Source of the DNA: Phoronis australis
Lineage: Eukaryota; Animalia; Phoronida
Length of the DNA stretch: 64,000 bases
Direction of reading: 5' to 3'
Assembly (NCBI GenBank): GCA_002633005.1
Contig: NMRA01000018.1
Span: 1,437,531 to 1,501,530 of the forward strand
Shown in pieces: positions 25,179-37,100 of this stretch (positions are counted from its first letter, which is position 1; the number at the start of each line of letters is the position of its first letter). The notes below the pieces were generated by a model. It saw nothing but the letters and a program-made list of their open reading frames with translations, did not search any database and was not told the origin of the DNA. The position numbers and the translations under genes are program-made.

Positions 25179-28100
25179 ATGCAAGAGGAAGCAAATATGG
25201 AGAAGAAGACTTCGTGTCGTTCCACTTCTGTTGTTCCACAGAAAAATGGCTGCGACGCTAGGAAGCAAGGCAAGTTAAAATGAAAATAATGTCCATTATT
25301 GCTATTGAGCTGCACTGGCATTGAAATCGGCACAGGCCAAACAACTTAGTGCTGCTTGACAGTAGGCAATTACATCGCCCTGAATGCCACAGGCTACAGG
25401 GGCAATAGTACATCCCCATAAGAAGTTACTCATTTCAAAATAGAGCAAATAAAATTGATTGAAACATGCATATTATATAATGTTCAGTTATAACTAACAC
25501 ATATCTGAGCAAGTAAATCACCCTGGATGCCGTAGGCATACAGGGACGATAGTACATCCCCACAAAAAGTTCAGAATTTGAAAATACAGGAAATAAAATC
25601 AGATGAAACGTGCATGTATGCACATTGAGATATAAACAACTCATACCATAAGTCTGGAGACGATTCAGATCATTCAGTCAAGATAACTTGAACAAATCGA
25701 TGAAAATCTGTCGCTTTTTGCTCGAGTTTCTCTTACCGGGTGCCATTTGGAGGAAGTTACGTGAATCACGCATGTTGATGAATAAAAAAATCCAAGGGAC
25801 AAATCTTACAAATTTCACCTGAAAGTTCTCGTGCTATTTTGCAAGTATCATGCGCTAACGTCACACGCTTTGCTCAGTCTCGCGCTAGCCTTTGCCTAAC
25901 TCACGTGGCTCAGTTGACATACTTTGTGATTATCGCGCGCGTGGTGAAAAAGTTAACGGCAACCAAAAAAGTGGAGTTGGAATTCTTTGCCAAAGTCACC
26001 TTAATTCTCACAACTAAACTTCGTCAAAGATATGTATGGAAGTAGAAAGGACTAATGAAGAAAGTAAGTGCTTTTTAAGTGATAGTTTTAGGTGTGGCAT
26101 GTATTTTTGACAAGGTGAAAATTCATAATCGGCCGGATTTAGCCTACACCCCGTTCAAATACATGGAACGAAATGCATACAGAAAGTGATGAGAAGTATT
26201 GTATGACTCTGGATACAATTTAGTCAACATAACTTGAACATTTTCATGAAAATCTGTTGCGGTTCGCTCGAGTTTCTCTCACCGGGTGCCGTTTTTATGA
26301 AGTTACGTGAAATCACGCCTGTTGACGAACAAAAAGTCCAAGGCACAAAAATCTGCCATGTCACGCACTTCGCTCAGTCTCGTGCTAGCCTTTGCCTAAC
26401 TCGCGCGACTCAGTTGAAATATTTTGTGGTTATCGCGTGCACAGTGAAAAATTTAACGGTGACCAAAAAAGTGGAGTAGGAATTCTTTGCCAAATTCATC
26501 TTAATTCATTCTCATAGCTATACTTCATCGAAGATCTGTGTAGAAGCAGAAAGTATCGCTGAAGAAAGTAATCAACTTTTTAAGTGATAGTTTGAAGTGT
26601 AGAATGTATTTTTTGACGAGGTAAAACTCTAAATCAGCGGATTTCACTTACCGCCCACTTAAAATATACGGGCCGAAATTAGTATAGGAAGCGATGGGAA
26701 GTATTGTAGCCCCAAACCGGCCAACCGAGGGGCTACGTGTTGCCTAGGTTGAATGTTGACAACACAGAAACACATTAACTACCAATTGCCTACATGTTGC
26801 ATGCCTCAAAAGTGGGATTTCTCAAACTAAAGGCGGAGACAGTGTGGCTCTGGTTTGAGCTCCAGATTACCGTTAGAAAGACCAGGGTTCGAATCCTGGC
26901 TTTACTGGCAGGCAGTCAAGCATTGCACAAAAGTGTCCCCTACTGTAAGCTAGTGATTAGCGTATATCAATAGACATCAGTTGGACAAATTTTGCACACC
27001 ATATGCTCAGCAGTCTGCAGCATTATGTCGGAAATTGGCTATTCACTTGGCCTTCAAGGATTTAGTCGGACTGACATAATGATTTTGCTGTGCTAAGAAA
27101 TGACTAGCCACTATTGAGGTTTTGAAGGCACTTTATTACTTTCATCGTGCTTAAGGTTGTCAATAAGAGATATTACTGAACTACAGTGACAGTCAAATTT
27201 TTGTTAGTTTAATTGCCTGTTTATTTCTTATCACATCAAAAGGTTTCAAACATAGCTGCTCACGCCTTCTCTGCATGAGTGACTAGGAATGTTGCCAACT
27301 TCTGTTTGTGTGCTAAATGTATTGTAATAGCAATAGGTATTTAATTCCAATTTCAGACAATGGATCAAAATTTGGCAAGCAGCCTAGACGTCGAGAGGGG
27401 TCAGGTAGTCGTACCCGACAAGACAACAGTAGCACCCCACCTAGAAAGCCGCTTCCTCAGAAGTTTAGGTCCTATGATAAACGGCCACGCTCTAGGGGTT
27501 ATTACAATGATGGACCCCGAGAAGAGGTTTTTATTTCACACACAATATTAATTTGAATTATTTTGTTAAATTGATAAGCATTGCCATAAGTTACGTATTC
27601 TCAAAAGGTCTTAACTATTCAGAAGTGGAAATCACGAGCTAAAACTTAACCATGTGATCCTTCTTACAAATCACCTTGCTGATAACTCTATTACTTTTTT
27701 ATCTTAGTTTTCTTATGAGAAATTTGAGTTGAATTTACAAGCAGTGTTTTTTTAATTACTCAGCGGTTGCCCTGTTAACTTGTTAGTCATTTAGTACTAC
27801 CAGGAAGACAGTATGGTGATGTCTTAATGATAATACCCATGTTTTCTTCAGGTGATACCAGATGCAGGAGCCGAGCTTGGTTCGGCTCTGATGCAAGGAT
27901 CAAAGAAGGGCAACCTGAACCACCTGTTGAACTTCACATTCGCCCCCCGTGATGTCCCACCCCCTCACCAACAGTGGAAGGGGCGCAACAACTGGTCGCG
28001 AGGAAAGGTGCGCTACAACAAAGAACAGTTTCTGCAGGCCAGGTGAGTGCCAGTCATTAGAGTCCTAATATGAAGGTGGTACTTGGTTTTCTGCCCACGT

Positions 28101-31100
28101 ATGTCAACTGTAATCAGTCTGGCTGTGTTTTTGTAGTTTCTGTGTGGCTTCATTGTGATCTTTTCTTTTCAGTTGCCAGTTCATCGTGTCTGACAGAGGT
28201 GACTACACTGTTAACGCCGTCGACCCAGACAAGTTAGTGGACTGGGACCTCATTGAGAAAGTGGTATGTGCATGAACTCTTTTAACAACTTCACTGGACA
28301 AAGTAATCTTTATCTTGGCTGCCATAGTAATACAGTAAATAAGCTGTTGATATTCAATAGTTGTTATTTTTCATAAGTGACTGTTGTCAGCATGCCCATG
28401 CTAGTGTAGAACAGAATCTAATGAAACAATTCGGGATGACTCGCTCTAGATGCGCACATGTTGTACCTTAACTGTTATTTTGAAGGGTGTAAACGCGTTT
28501 TTGTATGACGTCAAATGAAATGAAGCACCTTTTCAGAGTCTTTGAGCGGGTGTTCTTGTAAAATTTCCTGACAGTGTCGCTTAATTTTGTTTCAGCACAT
28601 CTTCAGCCATGAGGTTCCTTCTTGCCCAATCTGCCTTTATCACCCTGTGGCTGGTGAGTACCTGAGTAATCCTTTTGTGTGCTACGCTTAGTTAAGTTGT
28701 ATCATCTTCATAGCAATTGAAAAAGAGGAAAATCTGAAACAAAACTCAGTAGTTCTGTTTATTTTCGCTGTATATGTGCATCCGTCTTTCTGGTGAAACA
28801 CTACCGCATTAAATCATTGGTGTTGTTGACCGCTGTTCCAGCCAAACTGACCCGGTGTGGACATATCTACTGTTGGTCATGTATCCTACACTACCTATCC
28901 CTGGGGGACAAATCATGGCGCAAGTGCCCCATATGTAACGAGGCCATCGAGAAAAAGCAGCTTAAGAGGTAAGGAAGCGTGTATTTGGGGACTCGTGAGA
29001 TTACGTTGAGACGGTTTGACGTACGACAAGGCTGTTGGATGTCTTGTGACTACATTGTGTGCAGCTTTGCATGACAACCAAATTATGGAATTCTAAAATT
29101 TTAGGTAATCAGATATGCTTATCATGCGTGAAAAGGGTGGATCATAAGTCCGTCCTCACAATTGACCTTTCTGGTCATACTTATACAAGTCTATTGGTTT
29201 ATTAGTGAGCTAATGATCATACACTATGTGAACACATTTATAGAGGATTTTTTCCTAGCTTGCTTTATCTTTATTCCCCGTGCCCAGTGTCATGGCCTTG
29301 CCCAACCATCAGTACAGTGTTGGCGAAGAGATCACAATGAAGTTGATGAAGCGCGAGCGAGGGTCAACCTACGCAGTACCCAAGTCACAATGGACAACTC
29401 GCAATGGCAAACCTCATAAAGTCAAGGGTAAGAAACCTCTAGAAACTAGGTGTACTCTGTTCATAGGTGGTGCTGTGTGCAATGTGGTAATTCTTACATT
29501 TACAATTGGTCACAGTGTTCCATAAAATTTGAATTTGATTAACAACATTACAAGGGTCTGTGTAAACTGAATCTGTTAAAAATTATATGATCGATAGAAT
29601 ACCAAATAGGCTGTGTGGTGACATAGGGATTGAAACTTACATGTCCATAATGACTAGTCTATGGAACTACCCATCAATCAAATATAGGTCACAATGAAAA
29701 ACCATACAATACAGCTACAATTTCTAATTAGACATGTTTAATTTTGTTTTATATTTTCTGTCACAAAAGATATCGTTTGACTGTAAAATCCAAGTATTGT
29801 TTTTCGTCTTATGGTACATAGGCATGAAAGACTTGTAAATTGCAGAGTCCTTGTTATTGGCTATTAAAGAAATCTTTATATTTGACGCTTTTATTTCAGA
29901 TCCAGTTGACAGGGGATACCTGAAGCTGCTTGTAGCTTCCAATGACGACGTCCGTGACATCGTACAGTCTGAACGTAGTGAACTGAATCAACAGCTGAAG
30001 GAGGAGACGGATGTATGAAAGTTTCCACTCTTTTCAATAACGTTCCAAGGTTGGATTGCTCATAACATGACCCAAGATATAAATGTTCAGGATTCAGAAA
30101 CGATTCAGTTTTTTTTTGCAATTAGTTTAGCTGGATCTAGGTCTTCACTCTCTCTGTATTATGTAAGCGAGCCCTAAAACTCTGCTGGTTGAACCTCCAT
30201 TCCATAGTTGTCGATGTCTGTAAATTCTACAACTGGAGTCTGACGCCGTGGCTTGATCTACTGTGACCATTGGCTGATTTCTGGCAAAAAAAATTCTAAG
30301 TCTCTAAACGGTTTAATTAGAATATTGCCTTTTTCCCACCCTGACTAAAAGACATTGGTTCTAGGCTCAGTACCGTACCGTTTTATTAATTTGTTTCTTA
30401 ATGCTTTTTATCTTGACAAAAGTCTCATTTTATTGCTAAGTAATTCTCAGTGAGCACTAGGAAGTCTTGCGGTTGCAAGCCCAAGGTATTCTGATTAAAT
30501 GACCCAGAATTCCCCGTCATGACTGCTGGACGGATGCCAAATTCAGTGTCTGAGTAGCCTCCCCTGATGACTAAGAATGAAGGGGAATTAACAGGAGAGT
30601 TAGGATGATGGGCAAGCCATTCTATAGTTAAAATTTTGCTGTCTTATTAGTTATTTCTAGTAATTTTTGTTCTTATCATAATTAACCGTAGTGACGGAAA
30701 AATTTTATTTTTTCCGATTGCTTTTTCTCTTGCACCGTGGGTGATATGGCATGAAATGGATTTCAGAGCCTGACTGTCTCATTCATTGAACATGCTTTGG
30801 AACTGTTGGATGAGAGAGAGAGGACCTTGAATGCTGATGGTCAAGTGGAAGCCAATGTGACGGAAAGACTTGAGCAGCTGAAGGTTACCGAGAATACTGT
30901 GGAGTCACCCTCCGAGCAGTACCGCCAGCCACGATACTCAAAGGTGGGTGTTTGGTCACCCGCTTAACTTTAGAGAAATAAAACTGTGTCCTGTTTTAAC
31001 AACTTATCTGATCGCAAACGTAAAGGTATCTAGTATTATACCCTAGTTTCCACAAACTTCACTCTGTGGAATGTGAAACAAGTTAACCATTTCATTATAA

Positions 31101-34100
31101 CAGTCGGACAATCATTTCTAACGTCAATTTTGTGGTGTCATTTGGAAGTGCGTCATCTCAAAACCAGAAGGTTTTTTGATCTCATCCTTTCTTATTCATT
31201 TCGACAGTTGATTTGCCAGCATTTTGCAATTTTATTCAATGTAGTCTGGTCAAATTAATGCTGTTTTTTTTAAGGAAAACCTGGATGGTTTACTTAAAGC
31301 GTGGGGTTTGTGTTACATAAGTCACCAATATTGCGCAGTAGTTATAATCTGATGATGCATATACTAATATATCCAGCATAAACTATAACATAATCAGCTT
31401 AGCTATGGCATTCACTGTGGCCATGAGTACCAAATTTGGTTCCTGTGAATGCACATCTGAGTACGCAAAAATCTCACCAATTTTGGACTAAAATAATTTC
31501 CAAAATTGATGCTTTTTCAGTTTTCTTAGTCCCCAAGAAACGGGAATGTCCACAATTTTGTCAAAATAATATTATACCTATGGAATATCAAAGCGTTTAT
31601 TTGGTGCTGTTTATCATTTATGAAAGAATAATATTTCACTCATCCATTGTATTGTGTCCTAGATTTATTAGGTTGTCCCTGACAGGATTTTTGTCTTTCT
31701 TCAGCCTATTGTTCAGTATGCTTCGGCCTTCTCCGATGAAGAAGTAGACCTAGAATCCAAAGAAGAAGAAGAAGCTCTTGGTTGCCACGATGGTAAGGAG
31801 AGGAGTTGTAATTTATAAGTCAGGGCTTGGAATTTTCCGCGGAAATGCGGATTTCCGCTTTTTTCAGATGTTCTTTCCGCGTATTTTATTATATTTCCGC
31901 GTAAAAAAATCGGATTTCATATAAAATTTCCGCGGCAAATTTCTTTCTTACCGCCGCGTTGTCGACGACTTTCACCTCGAAAAGCGGAAGTTGCTCTTTA
32001 TGTTTCGGAGGAACATAAATTGTCAACATTGCCGGGGCATCTGGGAAAAGCGTGGTGGATTTCCTCAATGGCGGCTCGTATGATTGTAAATCGCGGTGTC
32101 AAATACTACGGCTATGGAGCCAAAAATGTTTGGAGGCGGGAGTGGCGGACGAGCTAAGGCAGGCGCAGACGCACGCTTCCGGAGGTGGTACCGTTTTTTT
32201 TGTTTTGTTTTTTTTTTTAGTCCTCCTGATTTCTGTCTGCAAAAGGTTCACGCCGACCTTATCAAGGCCGGCTGCGCACATATTTCGGGCCGTAAAAATT
32301 TCCGCATTTTTCGCCATTTGTCATTCCAAGCCCTGATAAGTGGTAGAATTCGTATTGAAACGCTGTAGAATTGGTGTCGTATCAGGCACGTTCATTCCAA
32401 ATAAACAATATATTTTCTGCTTCAGATGCTGACACTCTCCAGTCTTCCCTGGCGTGTGAAAGTGCTGTTAGTGATGGTATGTCGACACTATGAAAGGCTA
32501 GTTGGCAAAACAGGATAATTCAGTAGCCACTTACGTTGTCTGTGCAAAAAGAAAAACATTTTATTTTTAATTTAGAGGGAATAGTCAACCTTCATCAACC
32601 TATCCATTCCCACCCTTAATTATACATTTTCTGAATTGTCAATTAAAAATCTTAATTTTTGCCTTAACACATTGCATTATGGTTAACAATTGTGTGAACG
32701 CCATCTGTTTGAAAATTGTCATTTTTTTATCTTGCTGGTGACTTCGTGTTTGAACTGTATATTCCTGCTGTCACTATGCAGAGAATGGTGTCTCAGGTTT
32801 TTATTCACCTTCAAACAGCAGTCACTTTTTAAAACATCTGCAGAGGTCTTTATTTTTGACGACCAATATCTTTGTTAATTGACGGAAGATAGGAAATCTG
32901 AGAATTGGTTCCCGCGGTCATAAAGCAAAAATAAGTACGCAAGTTTACATGCGAATCCAGGTACTGAGCAGAAATCGGTGTTAGAGCTGCTAAAAGTGTC
33001 AAACATCAATAAACATGAGAAGATTTGTCATGTAATTGAAATCACAGACAATTTGCATATTTGATGCACTAACGATCTGTGTTTATGTTACGAGTAGTAG
33101 TGAAAAATAAAGATATAATTTCTTATAGTGTGTGAATATTTAATTTTTCAAAAAATGGACAAATGTTGGCAATTGCCTTAAGTCATGTGTTTGACTGATT
33201 TTCTTTAAAAGGGTGTTTTGTATTTGAAAAAAATTCAGATTTCTCATCAACTGTGTCCCTTTTCATACTCCATAGACACTCCAATGCAGTCCCATGCTGT
33301 TCACCTGACAGATGGTGACGAAACCTTGTGCGCGAACGAGATGACCGTTGATCAAGCTGCTCAAGAATTGCAACTACCACCCCAGGCTCGGCTCAATAAG
33401 ATGACTGACAACTATTACTTCTATCAAGGTAAGTCAGGATTTCATTGCTGTTCTTGATGTTAAACAGATGCCTCTCCATTCTATGTCAGTGTGATGCAAA
33501 AAGTATCGTGGTGGTGGTCTGCTTTGTCCATTTCAAAACTCTCCCAGTTGCTTCTTAGATAAACACCTTTTTCTGTTGAAGACTACATTCGTTTTTTTTC
33601 TGGCATTAGATGATTCATAAATAAGCTTTTTGAAACCATGTGCAGTGTGATTTGGCACTGTAGATTTGTGGTATTCATTTTACGTGACATACAGTATGGA
33701 CGGACTGGAGTTATCTGATTGCTTTCATGTGGCGTGAACAAGTGAGAGAGTAGATGAGGGCGAAGCCCTCAGACAGCTTCGCGAGATCGGAAGATCTCGC
33801 CTTCTGTCCTTGCTGTGGTTGGTGTGGACGCGGATCGAGGGCAGGACCTGGTAGGCCGGTGGTGGTAGAGGTGGTGTGCTTGATCTTCTTCTGGAGACGA
33901 GACGCTGGCTTGATGGCAACAGCTTAGAGTTGGTTCACGTGAAGCCGGCTTGCTGGCAACAGCTGTCATGCTACTGATTGCTTGTCTTTATACTGCCCCG
34001 TCGGGACAGTTTTTTTTTTTTTCGTTGTCTTTATACTGCCCTGACGCCCCTTCGGAACAGTTACCAGTTGCACAGGACCCGAACCCTTAGTGCTCCGGTG

Positions 34101-37100
34101 GCAGGTTGTCACGAAATTTGGTTGTCTTTATACTGCCCCGTCGCCCCTTCGGAACAGTTACCAGTAGCGCAGGGCCCGAACCCTTAGTGCTCCGGTACAT
34201 GGTTGTCACGACAGTTTGGTTGTCTTTATACTGCCCCGTCGGGACAGTTTTTACCAGTTGAGCAGGGCCAGGACCCTTAAGTGCTCCTGGAATAGGTTTG
34301 TCACGGAAATGCGGCTTAACGTGGCTTCGCGGAGTGACTGCAGCCTGTCGGAGACAGTCTGCATTCCGGCGAGCTCGTGTAGTGTGTCAATTCGGCAATA
34401 TCTGGGCTGGCCGAGAGCAATTCTCAGCGCCCAGTTTTGTAGTTTCTGTAGTCTTTCGATTGTGGAAGGAGCACAGGTTGAAATGTCGATGGCGTCATAT
34501 TCGAATAGGGGTCTGATGAACATTTTGTAGATCAGTAGTAGGCAGTCGCTCCTAGCGCCCCACCCTGTGCCCTTCAATCGATACATGAGCTTGACTCTGG
34601 TTCTTGCACGGTCACACACGCGTGCGACGTGTGGTTGTAACGTCAGTCTTTGGTCGAGGGTTACCCCTAGCAGAGTGGCCTCTGCTTTTGGTGTGAGCCT
34701 GACACCAAATAGTGAAAGACTGAACGGTCGCAGTTTCTGTTTGCGGTGGAACAGGATGACCTGTGATTTTGCGGCATTGAGTTTGATGCGCCAGATGGAG
34801 CACCAGTCCTCCAGTTTTGATAGTGCCCGCTGGAGGCGTGCTTGGACAACTGTCTCTTGTTTTTCACTTGTCCAGAACCCGAGATCTTCGGCGAACTGGG
34901 ATATCTGAACTTTGTCCCTTGGGTGAACTGGTAGGTCGTTGACATAGATCAAAAATAGCAACGGAATTAGGACGGACCCCTGGGGGGTGCCGGCCCTCAG
35001 ATTCACCGGTTGGGAGACGGTTTGTCCCTGTCTGACTGATATGCATCTGTCTCTCAGGAAAGATGACAAGAGTCTATTAGCCATTTTGTCCGGTAGACCT
35101 ATATTGGAGAGTTTGTATCTCATCCCGTCATGCCATACAGAGTCAAAGGCTTTTTCGACGTCCAACATTATGGCTCCAGTAAAAAAGGTTTTGCCCATTG
35201 CCGTTTTGCCTTGAGCTATCAGTCTATGAATGTGTTCGGTTCGTGGCGTGAACAGTCACCTCAGACTTGATTAATAGCAATTTGAGGTCTATAATTTCAT
35301 AGTGGCCCAATTAGTGGAGTATGGTGCTTAAACATGCTGGTTTTAAAGATGCATTTGCATGCTTCTAACTATGCTAATGTATAGCATGAACTAAACAACA
35401 ATGCTGTTTGAACATCATCTATTTTAAACATACTGCAGTTGTATTCATTGACAACTTGTAAATGTGAAAATAAAAAATTATGCAAATAGGTGACCTCTGC
35501 ACTAATGACGTATCTCGCAGGCTCGCATAGCCCGTATCATAACAATATTATACACGTTTCTCAAATCTGTGTGTTATTGCAGCTTGCGATGGTCAGCACA
35601 TCTATTTGAATTCGCTGAATGCTCGATGCTTGGCCAGGGAGTATGGCAGTCTGGAACACGGACCTGAAATGATATCAGCCAGAATTGTTGAGCTGGAAGG
35701 TGTTACCATGAATGAGGTGGGCAAAAGTGACTGTTTACGCTTACTTTTTTTGGGAAAAGTTAGCACGCCTTGTCTTTGCCATGCCTACTGTGGGGGCATA
35801 TCGGAGTCTTACATTCCTCTTGTAAATGATTGCAATAGTCATTACTCTAGCATTCGTATGTGCTCGGCATCCTTAGAAAGATTCCATTTATGGTTTGATT
35901 TCTAAGTGTGCTGTGGATTTTGAGAATCTGATGCCACAGTATACATTAATGTATTGTTGTTAGGGGGAATAATACTTCAGGATACATGTTTTACTGTCAA
36001 GCTTTCCTGACGAAGTGGCCTTTTTTGTGCTAAATTATCCTCTTGACATTGAAAAGTAAAAAGATAAATTTTACATATGAGCAGAAACTGCTTCAAGGAG
36101 AGAGTGTGGCTCTGTAGTTTGAGGTCCAGGCTCGTGTTTGGAAGACCTGGGTTCGAATCCTGGCTTTAATGGCAGACAATCGAGCATTGCACAAAAATGT
36201 CTCTTATTACTCTGAGCTAGTCTTACTAGTGAGTAAATGAATGTATGCAAGGAAATGAATGAGAACCACTTCGCAATACTAGACTTTGAGTGTGAAATGT
36301 AAAGAAGAGATAGAATGACTAAATGTTGCCTTTAACAGCTGTATCATTACTCATGTAGATGGAATTGCGGGCTTCAGTTTTTTGTTTAAAGTGGCTGTTC
36401 ATAGTCGTAACAGTGTTACTTCATGCCATGGTTGCATGTTTTTCATTTGTGCTTGGCTGAAACAAAATGTTTCTTATCTGGAAACCACTATATGTTGGAA
36501 GTTGGAACCACCTTTGATAATATCCTTGTCTTGTTCTAAATCTTTGAACCTGTTATTGTTTCATTTTCCTTTAACTTATGTGCCATTTGTTGTTCTGCTT
36601 GACCTGTGGCTTAGGAACTGAGACAACGACTTCGCTACTTGAGTCATCTCCCTGTTACCTGTACCTTCACTGTGGCGGAATTGGAGTTGAAGCCCCCTCT
36701 GTTGTCAAAAGGCACTATTCAACACTTCTCTGGTTAGTTCAGAATCATTGTAATACCATCAAAATTGAAATTAAAGTCTGTCTAATTTGCCATTTTGAAA
36801 TTAACATAGTTTACACCAAAGGTTGGTACGGTTCATCTATGCTTGGTAAAAACAAACGGCACTGTCCATATGTTTGTTCCTCTGTGGGCTGGTGGTTATA
36901 GGACATTCTACTGTTAGGTCTAGTTCTCAAGATTTTTAGTTTATCCAATACTGGGTCAGCAAAAGAACTGATGTTACTGATTAACAGAGTAACTGTTCTT
37001 AGTTATGATTTGGTTTTTCTTTTTTGCCAATGTGGATACCAGCTGGAGAATTGAACTGAACTAATGAAATATTTTGGCAATATTGTGTTGGTAAGCTGCC

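Noticed and set aside
34216-34908. Plus-strand ORFs inside the LINE
   Set aside because: Antisense to the RT frame in GC-richer sequence; no evidence of function.
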